Positions 25,918 through 39,516 of a stretch of DNA of 64,000 nucleotides are shown here, piece after piece. The stretch's first letter is position 1. Each line of letters opens with the position of its first letter. The notes beneath the pieces are model-generated. The model was not told the DNA's origin, did no database searches, and saw nothing but the letters and a program-made list of their open reading frames with translations. This DNA comes from Trichoplax adhaerens (lineage: Eukaryota; Animalia; Placozoa): positions 2,778,106 to 2,842,105 of the forward strand of contig NW_002060950.1 in the NCBI RefSeq assembly GCF_000150275.1, given 5' to 3'. The position numbers and the translations under genes are program-made.

Positions 25918-26772
25918 ATGTACGCTATTAGTTCTCATATTTGCCGTAAGGCTGAAAGGGTTGGAGGAAGACTTCGCTATTTAATACTAGGTGCATTGAC
26001 CAGGTCGACTTACCGTATCGATCGATTGAAAATGAGTGAGAATCGCCAAACTTATGAAGATTATGCCCAAAAGGGCCATTACAACCATCAAGATTGGTCT
26101 CAACGCTGGCAGAATCAAACAACAAAATGGCATGTTGAAGAAGCCAATCCTCATCTAGTTGAGAATTATGAGACTCACTTGCAGGATAAAGACAATCCCC
26201 ATTCGTCGATATTTGTACCCCTATGTGGAAAAAGTCTGGATATGATTTGGCTTGCCCAGAAAGGTCATCAGGTAGTGGGCGTTGAAGTTGTCGAACAGCC
26301 TTGCCATGATTTCTTTCAAGAGAATAAAATTGAATACAAAGTCCAAAATTTACAAGGTGTAGAGGGGAAAGTATTGACCAGTCAAGTCACTGAAATGAAT
26401 ATTACAATATACAATTGCGATTATTTCGCTTTGACGCCCAAATTGTTAGGCTATCGATTTGATAGTGTTTGGGATCGTGCTGCTTTTGTTGCTATCAATC
26501 CAGATTTACGATGCGATTATGCCAAACACTTAGCCTCATTAATGGCTCCTTCCGGTCGTGGACTATTAGTGTCCCTAAATTACGATATTAATGAACGTAT
26601 TCATCCTGGACCACCATTTTGTACTCCTGATGCTCTTGTACAATCTGTTTTCTCACCTCTCGCCTTGGTACAAAAGTTATCAAGCACACTTCTAACAGGT
26701 CAAAGGATTGAACGCTTTCATCTATCTTATATGGATGAAAATATAAACTATTTAAAATTCAACAAAGAATAA
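25918..26772 (+). CDS. TPMT: TPMT family methyltransferase, copy 3, intronless CDS (start at 25918 or 26032)
   Basis: Close paralogue of copy 2 with the same motifs; MSENRQ at 26032 aligns with MSQNRQ of copy 2. Confidence 0.94.
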   Translation: MYAISSHICRKAERVGGRLRYLILGALTRSTYRIDRLKMSENRQTYEDYAQKGHYNHQDWSQRWQNQTTKWHVEEANPHLVENYETHLQDKDNPHSSIFVPLCGKSLDMIWLAQKGHQVVGVEVVEQPCHDFFQENKIEYKVQNLQGVEGKVLTSQVTEMNITIYNCDYFALTPKLLGYRFDSVWDRAAFVAINPDLRCDYAKHLASLMAPSGRGLLVSLNYDINERIHPGPPFCTPDALVQSVFSPLALVQKLSSTLLTGQRIERFHLSYMDENINYLKFNKE

Positions 26773-28632
26773 ACTCAAGCTGGCTATCATTGACTAGCTT
26801 AGCAGAAGGAGCTTTATTTCTACTACGTTCGGATATCTAAGCTTGCTCAACCATCAATAATAATACGATATCAATCACCAATCTATTAGATTGCCTGATT
26901 GATGATGATGTCTCGATAAATGGCTAGATTGATTGTATGTGATTATTTAATTGTAATAAGTTGTCAACTTTTGTCAAATGTAAAATCTCAAGTTATCTTA
27001 ATAAATAAGGCAATTTTATGATCCAACCAAGTAGGCTTTGAAATATTTTACAACATAGATAATGTTATAATCGTATGCTAGCCTATTAATTGCTAGCAGC
27101 ATCAGTTAGACTTTGACTTTATAATTAGTGATGAGCGAACTATACTGTAGAATCGATGTGCTCGTAAATTTATTAAATACGGTAGCGTACCAACTATTTC
27201 CGTTGCACTCTAGAATGAAAATTATTGGTTCAAGTTTTATCTGGGTATCATCAATTGTTATTGTCATACTCTCGTATATCAGCTAGAGAAGATGGATCTA
27301 AAATTAAAGTGATAAACAGTTACTGTAGCGATAAAGAATAGAACGATCAATTCGGAGTAATACTGTTAACAGTATGCTACTTGATTAGAACAGAAATTAT
27401 TCTGTCATAGTGACGCCAACAGATACAGTATTCTATATGGTACTTGCGAGATTGTCATAGCTCTAGGCTTTATCATATCAAATCGATGCTTTAAAGCGAA
27501 TTCCATCATGGGCTAGCTAGCTCTCTTAGCAGTTAAATTAAGGGCAAAAAATGGTCCTATAATTGAATATCATACATCAATAAATGGATGATACATAAGC
27601 ATTGTACCTTTTCCCCAAAAGAACTGAATTAAAATCCTATCAATTTAACAGAAAACAATAACAAAGATATGGATGATCAATTAACTATTGCTGCTGATTC
27701 CTCCATTATCTTCGAAAATGCAAAAGTATGTAAATGTAAGTGATTCTAACTTATTAACAGCATTACTTTTCCGTATTCAAGTTAGCGGAGTAGCATTATA
27801 CGTTAAAGTACAATACATGCATTCCCTACCAAACTAAAATGGGCTATTGCATGCCCTTCCCACTTCGGACAGGTTTTACATATTGCTAAACTAATCATGT
27901 TTACACTATATCACTTCGCAATCGTTAAGTATTGTATGCAACTGCAACTCTGGTATAATCAAGTCCTCGTATTACTACTACGCGTATAAATCAATAAATA
28001 TCAGCTTCTGAAGGAATCATGAGATCAATCAATAATCAATAACTTTAACTTTTACTATACGAGTAAATATTTAATATTACCGCAGACAATATCGCGGTAC
28101 GGATACTTACAGTTAACCAATATATTTGGTATTGTTTAATCATTAGCGCACTGTAGCTGTGAATAAATTTTACTAACAAGAAATACAGTAATCAGTTATA
28201 TGAATACAAAATAATATATTACTTTAATAAATGCGTTATCAAGTATCCATATTATCAGTTAGCCTCAGTTGCAAAGATTTCATTACTAGTAGCAATGTAT
28301 CTTCTAAACATGATAAACTTTAATAAATGGATTAGTATCAATTTTTACAAGTAAGACATAAAAATAAGACGATACAATACTTTTGGAGGAAGAAAGGTCA
28401 AGGTTATTCAAAATTTCTAATACTGAGTAACACATTATATCAAGGCTGTACAAACTGGATTCAGTACAAATGCTTATTATATATTTTATATAAATACATG
28501 AAACATAACATTGACATGAGCTTGCTAAGAAAATATAACTACTGCTGCTGGAATAATTTATAAAGCTATTGCAATGGCCAAACTCGATATCATCCACTTA
28601 ATTCTGAAAAGCACAAATAACGCCATCTCCAC

Positions 28633-31600
28633 TTAACGACGTCGCGGACGCAATTGCCTAGTAATAACTTCTGCAGTTTTATCTGTTTCCTTATGTGATA
28701 GTTCATCCTGTATAGTAAATTATAGATTGTAATATGTCAGAAGTCATTCTACTTGAATGTAGTAATTGATCAAGAACCAATTTCTATAAATTCATATAAA
28801 AATCACGTGGTAAATGATGTCAAACGCACCATAGCAGCAGTGAATTCATTCAAATCTTGCACTTTATATAGTTTTCTTTTCGGTTTGGCAGGTGGTATGT
28901 GCCTATCCGTACTATTTTCAACTATAGCATGTTCCTCTTTCGTTTTCTTTTTACCTTAGTTATTAAATAAGCATGTTATACACTGTTTTAAAGCATCAAC
29001 AGACGAAAATTTGTAAATTTATGACACTTCAATCGTATGATATTGGAATGCAAGAATACATTCGATCTAAGATCAGTAACTGACACCTACTTGATCGACG
29101 CAGAGGAGAATTTTGAAGGAAATTGTTCATAACCTTATGTATACCGCGCTTCCCAGTACTGCTTTTCTTAGACGTAGAACAATTTTCCTCTCCCTATTTA
29201 TATATTTGGAAAATTAAACCTATAACCTCATGAATTAAATAAAGAAAGCCCGCCATACCTTTAAAGAGAGCGGAATTCTCGATGGGGAGGGATCTTCTAT
29301 TTGAGCAAGATTAGCAATTGCCTTCACTTTCGCAGTACGCATACTTCGTCTGTTGGTAATAAACCAGTTATTACTGTATGGTATACACATGTTAATAGCT
29401 ATAACAAAATGATAAGGTAAGAAATCAGAGCGAAGAACTACTGCAGTAATTTTACCCAGCAACAGGAGTACTCGGGTTATCAAGTTTCAATGATTTTGGA
29501 GGGGAAGAGTTTTCTTCCTACGTAAATATCACAAAAGGTAACACGATTGAGACGACTACTACTGTATATCTTGAGCTATAGAATGTAGGCCTACCGATTC
29601 TTCAACGTTACTTGAAATACGCTTCCTTCTAGTTCTTTTACTGGTAGCCGCAACAGATTTTTTCTCTCGAGTAGTTTGCACGTTCGATAATTTACTCGTT
29701 TCAGCTATTGTTATAGACTCTTCTACAGATGCTCGTGTTGTCTCTGCTATTTTGCTTATATTCTAATTTGAATAAATTAGACAATATTAGAACACAATAC
29801 AAGATCATAAAATTTAACGCACCATGTACATACCGCAGTTTTTGGAACGACTTCACTAGCTTTCGGTGTGTGGACTTTGTCACGATTCTCTGCTAGCAAT
29901 ACTTGTGGCGTACTTGCTCTAATTAAAGTTTCGTCCTATAAATTTATAAACAGTGATAATCCTTAAGAAATAAATAATTTAATATATTTAACTGGTGGAG
30001 TAGGAAGCTAAATAGTAAATAATTTACTTGTTGCTCATCTTCATGCTTGATGACTTGCTACTTTTCTTGGAGTGCTCCGACCGTTGATGCATGTGTTTAA
30101 GACCAGCTGATAATTTCTCCACTTTCTCACATAATTTGTTTTTTTCTTCTTGCATTTTTTCCTTGCTTTCAAGCAGATCATTTATTTGATCTTCCGAATT
30201 GGCCATATTATTTTTTAAATGACCAAGCGTGGTTAGCATTTCTGATTTTTCCTTCTCCAATTCCTCTTTCTCACCCTTGATTTTATTCAACGCACAGCGA
30301 AACTGGCCAACAATATCATCTTTTTCCTTACGCCATTCGATCATTTTTTGTTCATTTTCTTGAGCTTCATCGAGGGCTTGATTTGCTATCTCGACATCTT
30401 CGCTCAATCGAACAATTTCTGCTTTTAGCGCCTCGTTGGTTTTTTGTAAATTGTCATTTTGAAGAGAAATTTCAGAGATTTGTCGCTGTAGGGATTCACA
30501 TTTAGAATCAACATTTACTTTAATTTTTTCTACATCTCGCAGCTTCTTTTTTAGTTCATTTTCATTATCGAACGATTGTTGCTGCTTGCCTTCGAATACT
30601 CGAACTTTCGATTCTATTTCAGATTTACTTTCACGTTCCATCTTTAACGCGCAAGAGCTTGCTGTAATATCTGATTGCATGGATTTTACTTGACTTTCTA
30701 ATGATTTAATTTTCTGTTTTGCGTCGTACAGCTCTTGCTGTACTTCCTGCACCCTGCTTTCTTTTTGGACTTGCTGTAATTTAATTTCGTCCGCATGTCT
30801 TTCGTCAGACGCCAAACGATTTTCCAATTTTTGTATTTGCTCTTCCAAAGTCTTCTTACATTCGATTAATTCTCCATTCTGCTGTTTCAAGGTAGATTTC
30901 TCATCTACAGAAATTTTGATTTTTCGATTTAAATCCTGGAGATTTGCTTCTAGGTCTTTGCGTTCTTTATATAAGTTACTATTTTTCTTGGAAACGCTGT
31001 CAAGTTCCTCTGATATCTTGTTAAAGGCAATTTCTGACGACTTTGCGGCAGCCATCATTTCTTCTCTCGATTGATTTAATTCCGCTATTTGCTGTAAATA
31101 CTTTTTTTCGCAGTCGGTATTATTGGTCAAATATCCTTGAATCTCATTATTTTTTTCATCCAACTGTTTCAAAATGCTGTCGTATTTATTACGCAATACC
31201 GATACCTACGGAAAAGAAATTTACGATTGAAACTACGAGCATAAAGAGTAACATATACATTGCATAATACGATCATAGTTCCTTATTTCTATAAATACGA
31301 AATACTATACATACCTCTTCATGAACTTCGACAACGCGTTCTTCAGCGACCTTTGCTTTCTCGACGGTTTTATCCAAAGTCTCTTCCGATTTATCCAATT
31401 TTTTTCTCAGTTCACTTAATTGATTGCGTAGATGCTGTCTTTGAGCAATTTCCTCAGATTTCACGGCCTCCAATTTATCGTCCTTGTCTTTAGCCAATTG
31501 TATCGTTCGCATATGTCTTCCAAGTAAATCTTTATGCTCTTCTTCCAGATTATTATATTTGTTACGAATTTCTTGTAGTTCTTTATTTGTTTTTGTCAGC

Positions 31601-34600
31601 GATTCATCGTTTATGTCTGCACTAAGGATTCGCTCGGATAGACTTTTCATTTCATTTTCCATCTCTCGCATATTATCAATTAATTTTGTATTTTCTTTAA
31701 TCAAATCGTTAATTTGGTCTTGCTTTTTCTCATCATTGCTGCAATTTTCCCGATATTTAGTTGCAATTATTGTAAGTTCATCGTTTCGCTCCTTTATTGT
31801 TGCAATATCGGTACTCATAGTTTCAATTCGATTAAGTAATTGCTCGTTATCATTTTTAATCTTATCAATGACTTCTTTATCAGCAGCAATGGTTCTTGTC
31901 ATAGCCGCAATTTCTGCATGAGCTTTTATCAATTTTTCTTCTTCCTCATTCATAGACGATATTTTATTGGTTAATTCGTCAACTTTAGCTTCTGATTCAT
32001 TATTACGATTTGTAAGTAATACCAATTGTTCTTGTACTTCTGTAACTGCTATATTTGCAGCCTCGAGGTCAGATAACGCAACATTATATTTACGTCTTAA
32101 ATTTTCTAGTTCATCACTAGCTTCAGATGCTTCCGTAAATTTTCTTTTCGTTTCAGCTAATTGTTCCTTTAAGTCACTGATACATCTAGCCTTGTCAGAA
32201 TTATCTGCCGTCAATTCTTCAAAATTTACTTTTGCTTCGTTTAAATTCTTTTCAGTATCACATAGTTGTTCAGAGCAGCTACCAAATTGATCTTTAACTC
32301 TGTTTAGCTCATCCACTTTATTAGTTAAATCCTTTTTAGTATCACATAGTTGTTCAGAGCAGCTACCAAATTGATCTTTAACTCTGTTTAGCTCATCCAC
32401 TTTATTAGTTAAATCCTGTTTAGTATCACATAGTTGTTCAGAGCAGCTATCAAATTGATCTTTAACTCTGTTTAGCTCATCCACTTTATTAGTTAAATCC
32501 TTTTGTAAATTGCCTAACATTTCTGATTTTGCTTCATTTTTAGTATTAAGATCCGATATTTGAATTTTTAAATCTGACAGTTGTTGTAACAACGATAAAT
32601 TTTCATCGGAAAGTTCACGTTTCTCCTTTGTAACATTGTGTACTTGATCGTTTAATTCGGCTATTTTTTGAGATTTGCTATCAATAACACTTTGAAGTTC
32701 TTGCTGATTAGAATCAGATTCTTCTCGTAGCAATTCATTGGCAGCTTTTAGGCTATCAATCTCATTACTGACCGTAAGGCGCTCTTCATCAGTTGCTTGC
32801 AAAGTTTTTTCGAGCTGTTCCTTATACTGATTCAAGGCTTGACGAGCTTCTTTTAATTCATCTTCCATTGATATTAATTTCGTAGATTTTCTTTGCTCTG
32901 ATTCTTCAAGCTGACTCAGCTGATTCTGTAGAGCATCGATTTGGGCCTGCAAATCAGAACAACCATTTAACTTGTCCTTCAATGATTTCTCATTGCCTAT
33001 AAAGTCCTCATGAACTCTTCTTAATTCTTTCAATGCATCTTCCAAGAAAACAACTTCACCACATTTCTTTGAAACAGTTTCTTGTAATAAAGCATTGTCC
33101 TCTTCAAGACTCTGGACTCTTTGGTCAATTTCATCGAAAAAATTACACTGAACAGGCTGATCTGATGTTGCGGACGTAACTGCTACTTCAGTGATAATAT
33201 GATTCGTATTATCTACCACATCAACGCCATTAGTATTATTCTCGTTCTTATTTAATAAATTTCTGTAGTGCACGAATTCTTCTTCGTAAAACTGGATCTT
33301 TTTTTCTGTTGATTCAAGCTTAGAACTCAGCACATTAGAACGTTCCGTTAAGCTATCAACAATACCCTCAGAATCGAGAAGTTGTTGTTGCAATTTTCCT
33401 GATTCTTGACAGCTGTGTTTTAACTGCTCTTTAAGATTATCTATTAAATTATTCTTACCAGATAACGCAACTTCGAGTTCTTTTTCATTCTTTTGTGAAT
33501 TCTGCACTTCCATTTTATGCATTTCGCAATTACGTGTCAGTTTCGCTACAGATTGCATAAGTTCTTGATTTTCATCTTTATATGCCACTAACTCCTGAAT
33601 TTGTTGTTGCTTATCTGTAGATAAAATATTCTGCTGATGTTGTTCGTTTAGCCTTTCGAGGTTTTCTCTAGCCGTAGCAGCAGTAGCTTCCGCTTCTTCG
33701 GTTGTCTTTTTAAAAGAATCCAATTCTAACTCTAAGAATTGCACCAGTTCACACTTCTCTCGTAGAGCATACTCCAAGTCTAATATTTTAGCGTCTTTTT
33801 CAGGGTATTCCTTACATGGTTCAGCAGATGAGGCCTGAATACTAACATCGGTTTTTGGCCACTGTATTGCCCGAAGCTTAAGCTCTCTTTCTGTTACCAT
33901 TTTTTGAAGTTCTTCATTACGTATCTGCAATTCGTATATCTTATCATTGTCAACTGAGGCTTTGGCGGCGTCTTCTTCAAGTTTATTATTAACTTCCCTT
34001 AGATTATTGACTTGTACTTTGAGATCGTTTATAATTTTGTTCGAATCTTTACCTATAGTTCATTTAATGCAAATTTTATAGCAACAGTATTCAATAGGAT
34101 ACATAGTCAGTTATACAGCATCAAGAAATAAGGATAACAAAAACTAAAAGAACACTTAAAAGTCAGAATTCTTACCATTCTTTGTAGGAGTTGTATCTAA
34201 GCTGTCATAGCTATATTGCTAGTGAAATAGAATATAACAAAATTACAACTCAAAATACATGAAATCAGCAACCATTAGAAGTAAAACTGCATACTTCATC
34301 TTCAACATCTGATTCGGAAGTATTACGCTTTCTTTTCTTAATAGTCTTCTGTAATATTTCTATTTTCTTTTCGTATTTCTCTTCCCGTAGTGAAACCAGT
34401 TGCTGAGTATGTTCCCTGTGTTAACAAATTGTAAAAGATAATGATAATTAGTGTAAGACACTAATGTAGACACCGCTCAAGCACCTTTGAAAGCAACTTT
34501 TATTCAGCGATTGTTTGAACTTACTGCCACTCAGCTTGTCTTTTCTCAAATTGTTGTTGAAATTCGTCCGCCACTTCCTTTCTCGCCTTTTCTTCCGCTA

Positions 34601-37600
34601 AAATTATTTCTCTTTCTTTTTCCACTAGTGCGTCTTTCAGAAGTTCAATTAATTCCAGTAATCCCTTTATGGAGCAAACACAATCGAGATCAATTTTTAA
34701 ATTTTGATTATATTAATTACAGCTGTATTGTTATTTTTAATTGCAATCAATACTTACGGTAATTCTAGTGTCTGTAGAATCCGATTCTTCTTTTTCGATA
34801 CTAATATTAGTATCATTTTCCCAAGCAATGGAAATTCTTGGCATTAAAGGTAAAGACGGAATTTCCGGTTTAGGAACCGTTGTTACCTAAAAATTATTTC
34901 CGAGGTGTCCGTTAATGGCGTTAAATTCAGGCCATACAAATATTCAGAAAGAGGGAACAGATAAAGTAATATTAAGATACCTGCTTAGCGATTGCAGAGA
35001 ACTTTAATACATGTAATGTCTCATCATATACTTGAGTGCATGGACTAATGTTAACAATCATTGAAATCAAACCACGACCGGCAAAATGATTCTGCAACCA
35101 TCTTGTTAATTGGCTTTCACGGAAAGGCACAATGCGAGGGTGATTCCTATAAGATTATCATATCATAGGTTAAAAATTATTTTTTCAATGGAGATATTAG
35201 AGTAGTTGGCATTACCGATGATATTGGTTATATCGCATAGCTTCAATACATTTCCCCAGAGTCATCAACGAATTATTAATTTTTCCTGCTTCGCCGATAT
35301 GCATCCCTAGGGCTTGAGTCTTTGCCTGTCGTTCGGAGCCCGCTAAATCGACAAAGCACAACCTAATAGATTGTTAAAATTTCGTAATCATCAATACAAT
35401 TCTACATCAGTATGTCGGGTGCTAATTGAATCAATAAATATTAGTTACTGGCTTGTGTTGATAACTTCAGGTTTTATGCCGTCTATTATTTGTACAATTT
35501 TGATGTTGAAAATACAATGGCTGAAGAAAGCAGGGATAATAACAACATAAATTTTGAGTTCAATAAGAACAATTAGTAATGCACCATAGCTTATTATTTA
35601 ATAATTTAGCAACTCCTACTTCCTACTAAGTGTTGAAGAGATGCAATCTTACCTTCGACTTGATTGCTGATTTAATTTGGTAGCTGCTATCTGCTGATTC
35701 CGTTGACCAATTTTAAATAGCTGAAAGGTAATGTATAATTACTTTTGGTTGCTACCATTACATACATTGTCATGTTTCCTTTACTAACCTTGTAAGCTTC
35801 CTGGCGGTCTGTTACCAGCACTTCTTTAAGATCTACGAAAAGAATGTCAGATTTCTAAGTCAGTAACTGTATAAGATTGAGTTAAGCCCGTACAAGAAAC
35901 AAATTCTTACTTTAGTTCTGCTTAAGTAGTATGAAAAGTGAAACTAAATGCCGATAAAAATTGATTACAGAACTGTATAAATTTACTACCAACCTTTAAC
36001 ATATACATTGCCTCGATGATCTTGTTTCTGTCTTAAAACAGGACGTCTTTCCTTCTTTTTTTTTGAAGGAGCAGCAAGCAAATCGAAAATTTGCTCATTA
36101 TAGACTTCAGCATATGATACCCAAACGGCATATTTATAGTCGTACAAATTTTCAATTTCAATCACTGTATCTTCAATGATTCTTTGATCAATCTCTCGTC
36201 CCAAAGAGCAAATTAAGCAAGAATCTATCAAAAATATATACCGATCATGGAAATATATCTTAATTCTCATACTCTTCAGGCTAGATGGGTATTATTAACC
36301 TCACTTTGGCTAGCTTAAACATAACCCTTGTCATTTTAATACATACATCGCCTTTTAATTGATATTTAAAAGTAAGTGAAATGAAAGTAGTACCTTCGTG
36401 CTGCAATGAGGATGCAGCTGAAGTTGTAGTTTGATTGGAAAGTTTAGAGGTATCCGCTAGTGAATTTTCGCAACTGGATCCACTACTGTTGTTGGTCAAG
36501 AGAGACTAAAAAATGACACAGAAAGAAATGCTATACTTGAAAAACATGAAAATTGTAACTAATACGCTTCATAACAGTTCAAGATAAACATGAAATGCTT
36601 TAGAGAGAAAGTATCAAGTCACACAGTGGGATTGCATTGTGGTTGATAAACATCTTTTAAGGTTATAACATACCCTGCCTAAAGTATAGAATTGTAATAT
36701 TATGGTTGAACATACCTGTTTATGATCATGCAAGCCTAGAAGATCTAAAAGTTTGCTTTTGGTTGCTGCTTCTTCCGCTTGCTCTTTATCGTCCAGAAGA
36801 ATAAAATCACTATGGTTTAACGTCTTTACAAGATGCTTGCTATACAATTGATCCCCAATAGAATTGAATAGAACATCCACCGCTCTAGGCAAGATGCCAG
36901 TATCTTTACTGCTACCGTTAATTGTGTAACTTTTACCAGAATTGGTGACGCCATAAGTGAAAATTAGAGCATTTTTACCTAATTGTAGCAAGCATCAATT
37001 AGTTCCAACTTGATTACCCTTAGTAGTAACATGATATTTTTGTTATTCTCTCTCCACTAGTCATTGAAAGACTGGTATTAGCACTATACTGATATAGTTT
37101 AAGAATTGTAAACAGATGATTTTAAGCTTTAGCTTATTATTTTTTTCGCCGCTGTTGTGCGGGTAGCGATGTCACAACAGAGTAAAACTAACTGTCATCA
37201 ATAATTACTAAGTCAATAACTTGATACCGTAGTTATATTACTTGTAATGTATTGGTAAACTCTTTCATTGCAGTTAGTACTCTAAACGATTTTGTTGAGA
37301 CGGAGAAAATGCATCTATACCATGAATGATTGAGTACGACAGTGCTTACCATTAGCGGACTCTTTGACGGATTGCAATACTGTCTCGTTGAAAATATCTT
37401 TCTGGCCAGTATGGGGGCCGAATATTTTGGTAAATGTGAATTTATGCTGTAGTTCGCTACAGCCACGAAATGCACTTTTAAAATTAAATGAATCTTTGGG
37501 TGCTTTGGCAGTTAACTCCTGGTCTTTATCGTCAATTTGAAAACACGTTAATTTCTCTTCACCTTGTTCTTTCTCTATACAGTTGATAGTATATTTCAAT

Positions 37601-38156
37601 GAGTACAGTTGAAGATGATGACAATGATCAAGTGAGTTGTGCAATGTGCATAGACATAGCTTAATAAAAAATGAAACAATTCTGCCATAATTGGACAGTC
37701 CAGACTGATCTCTGCCAACAGGTGTTGACTGTGCTACTGTATACAGCAGTATTGATGGTGCTGCAAGTTTGTTTCCTGATTGACAGTATAGTTCATAACT
37801 ACAGAGCTCGCCATCCTATGGTTGCACAGTCCGATTTAAAATTTCCCATCATGATGCTTTTATTAATTTCTTAAAACTTACAAAACCTTTCAATTCTACC
37901 GTTTTAATCATTGCACTGTACAATGCAAGTCTGTTCTATGGCCTAGACTTCACTTTACAATAAAACAAGTACTTTAAGCTAATTCGATAGTTGTATGGAT
38001 ATCAATACCTAATTGAGGTCGAACACGGAGAAAGACTTTCAATGTTTGTTCTTTATTGGTTGTATTTTCCTTTTCCTTCTTGGGATTTTCGCTGGCTTTC
38101 ACAGGTGTTTCAAATTCTTCGAATAAATTTCCACGAACAATACAAGTGTCTTCCAT
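28633..38156 (-). CDS. KIF20: Kinesin-6 family N-terminal motor with very long coiled-coil stalk (KIF20A/KIF20B-like), multi-exon
   Basis: [19 protein letters not shown]-loop [11 protein letters not shown], kinesin-6 loop-6 insertion, [44 protein letters not shown]; large coiled-coil exons at ~30027-31206 and 31314-34053; basic tail [10 protein letters not shown] at 28633. Confidence 0.92.
32254..32503 (-). repeat. 84 bp (28 aa) near-perfect coding tandem repeat x3 in the KIF20 stalk
   Basis: [16 protein letters not shown][DG]SCSEQLCDT three times; agtatcacatagttg at 32254, 32338, 32422. Confidence 0.95.
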
Positions 38157-38554
38157 TTCTAATACATAGAAGTAATAGACGCTATTAATTGAAGCAACGT
38201 TGGATGATGGTCTATTTCAGTTGAGTTAAGTTGCAAGCCCTGTCCCCTAGTCGTGGACTACATGCAAGGATTGAAAAGTGGATGTTTTGTAAGTGATTTT
38301 TTCCAGAGTAACATGGAGTTATTGATTTTTGCCTCTTGCTACTACTGTCAAGCTCGAGCTCGTTGTGTCCAAGAGTGAAGATGGATGCAGTCCAGACCTT
38401 GAAAAGCTCTCCTGTTACAGTGGTATACAGTCGCTACTGAAGTGTGTCAGTACTGTATATATTTTTTTTACCTTTTACAGTCAATACTGTAGGTTTGCTT
38501 TGAATATCAAACAGCAAAAGGCCAATTGTCATTCTTGTATTTTCGTAGCAACCA

Positions 38555-39105
38555 CAATAATGTCTAGTATCTAGTGATAAAGGAATCGTTCTTCCCCTTG
38601 AAGTAGGACTAAATAAAAGTAATCTTTTCATACAGCGATCGATTGTAAGATTCTTTCTTACTGATGAGTAATGACTGAAAGAAGACTACAGGCACTATAG
38701 CGGTCTTTGGACGCTAATGTTCTAATATGATAGCAATGTTTTCTACAGTAATCTTTCCAATAAAGTCTAATGTCTAGTGGTGAAGGAATCCTTCTTCCTC
38801 TTGAAGTAGGACTAAATAAAAGTAATCTTTTCATACAGCGATCGATTGTAAGATTCTTTCCTACTGATGAGTAATGAGTGAAAGAAGACTACAGGCACTA
38901 TAGTTCTCTTTCGACGCGAATGTTTTCTACAGTAATCTTTCCAAGTCATGTCTAGTGTCTAGTGGTGAAGGAATCCTTCTCTCCCTTGGAGTAGGACTCA
39001 AAATAATCTTTTCACACAGCGATTGATTGTAAGATTCTTCTTTTACTGATGGTGGATAACTGAAAAAAAGACGATAGGCGCTATAGCGGTCTTTCGACGT
39101 TATTG
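38555..39105. repeat. ~185-203 bp tandem repeat x3, probably in a 5'-UTR intron of KIF20
   Basis: aaggaatc.ttct..c.cttg.agtaggact.aa...taatctttt recurs at ~38580, 38783, 38968; minus-strand donor AAG|gtaagg at ~39275. Confidence 0.9.
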
Positions 39106-39516
39106 TAAATTGTGGTTGGCATCCTACCACCAAGAACTACTGCCTGGAGAAGAACATCACCAGTCCACTACACCTGTATCAAAGGGCCCTATTTTTTCTC
39201 CATACTACCTTACTACGCCTGTAGCAACTTACCAGCAATCGATGGCGATCTTTACTTGCTCATTCCTTCTTTACCTTACCTTGTCTTCAACTTCTCCTAA
39301 TTTGTAGTGGATTGCTGGTGTTAATTGCACTAATGGCTGGTCGTTTGCTGGCAATTTCTTGCAGCAATTCTGTCAGTGAAATTGTGGCTGGGGCGCGTAG
39401 GCCAAGCGTTGTTTTTATTATGGCTTGACCAGGCGATTCAGTCTTCACTGAGTGACGTGTTGTTGCAGTCAACTGCACAAGGATCAACTTACGTTGTGGC
39501 GCACAGGTATAGGAAA

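Noticed and set aside
17359-26772. TPMT cluster as bacterial contamination or an operon
   Set aside because: Genes are 2-5 kb apart with AT-rich, repeat-containing spacers, host-like base composition and contiguity with intron-rich KIF20; no other bacterial genes.
31043-32290. Plus-strand ORFs of 74-145 aa (S/L/F-rich)
   Set aside because: Antisense shadows of the KIF20 coiled-coil exons.
38645-38915. CTGATGA-gtaatgact-GAAA in the KIF20-leader repeat as a hammerhead ribozyme
   Set aside because: Stem II register is off, I could not form stem I with a correctly placed NUH site, and the third copy lacks the core. An Infernal search would settle it.
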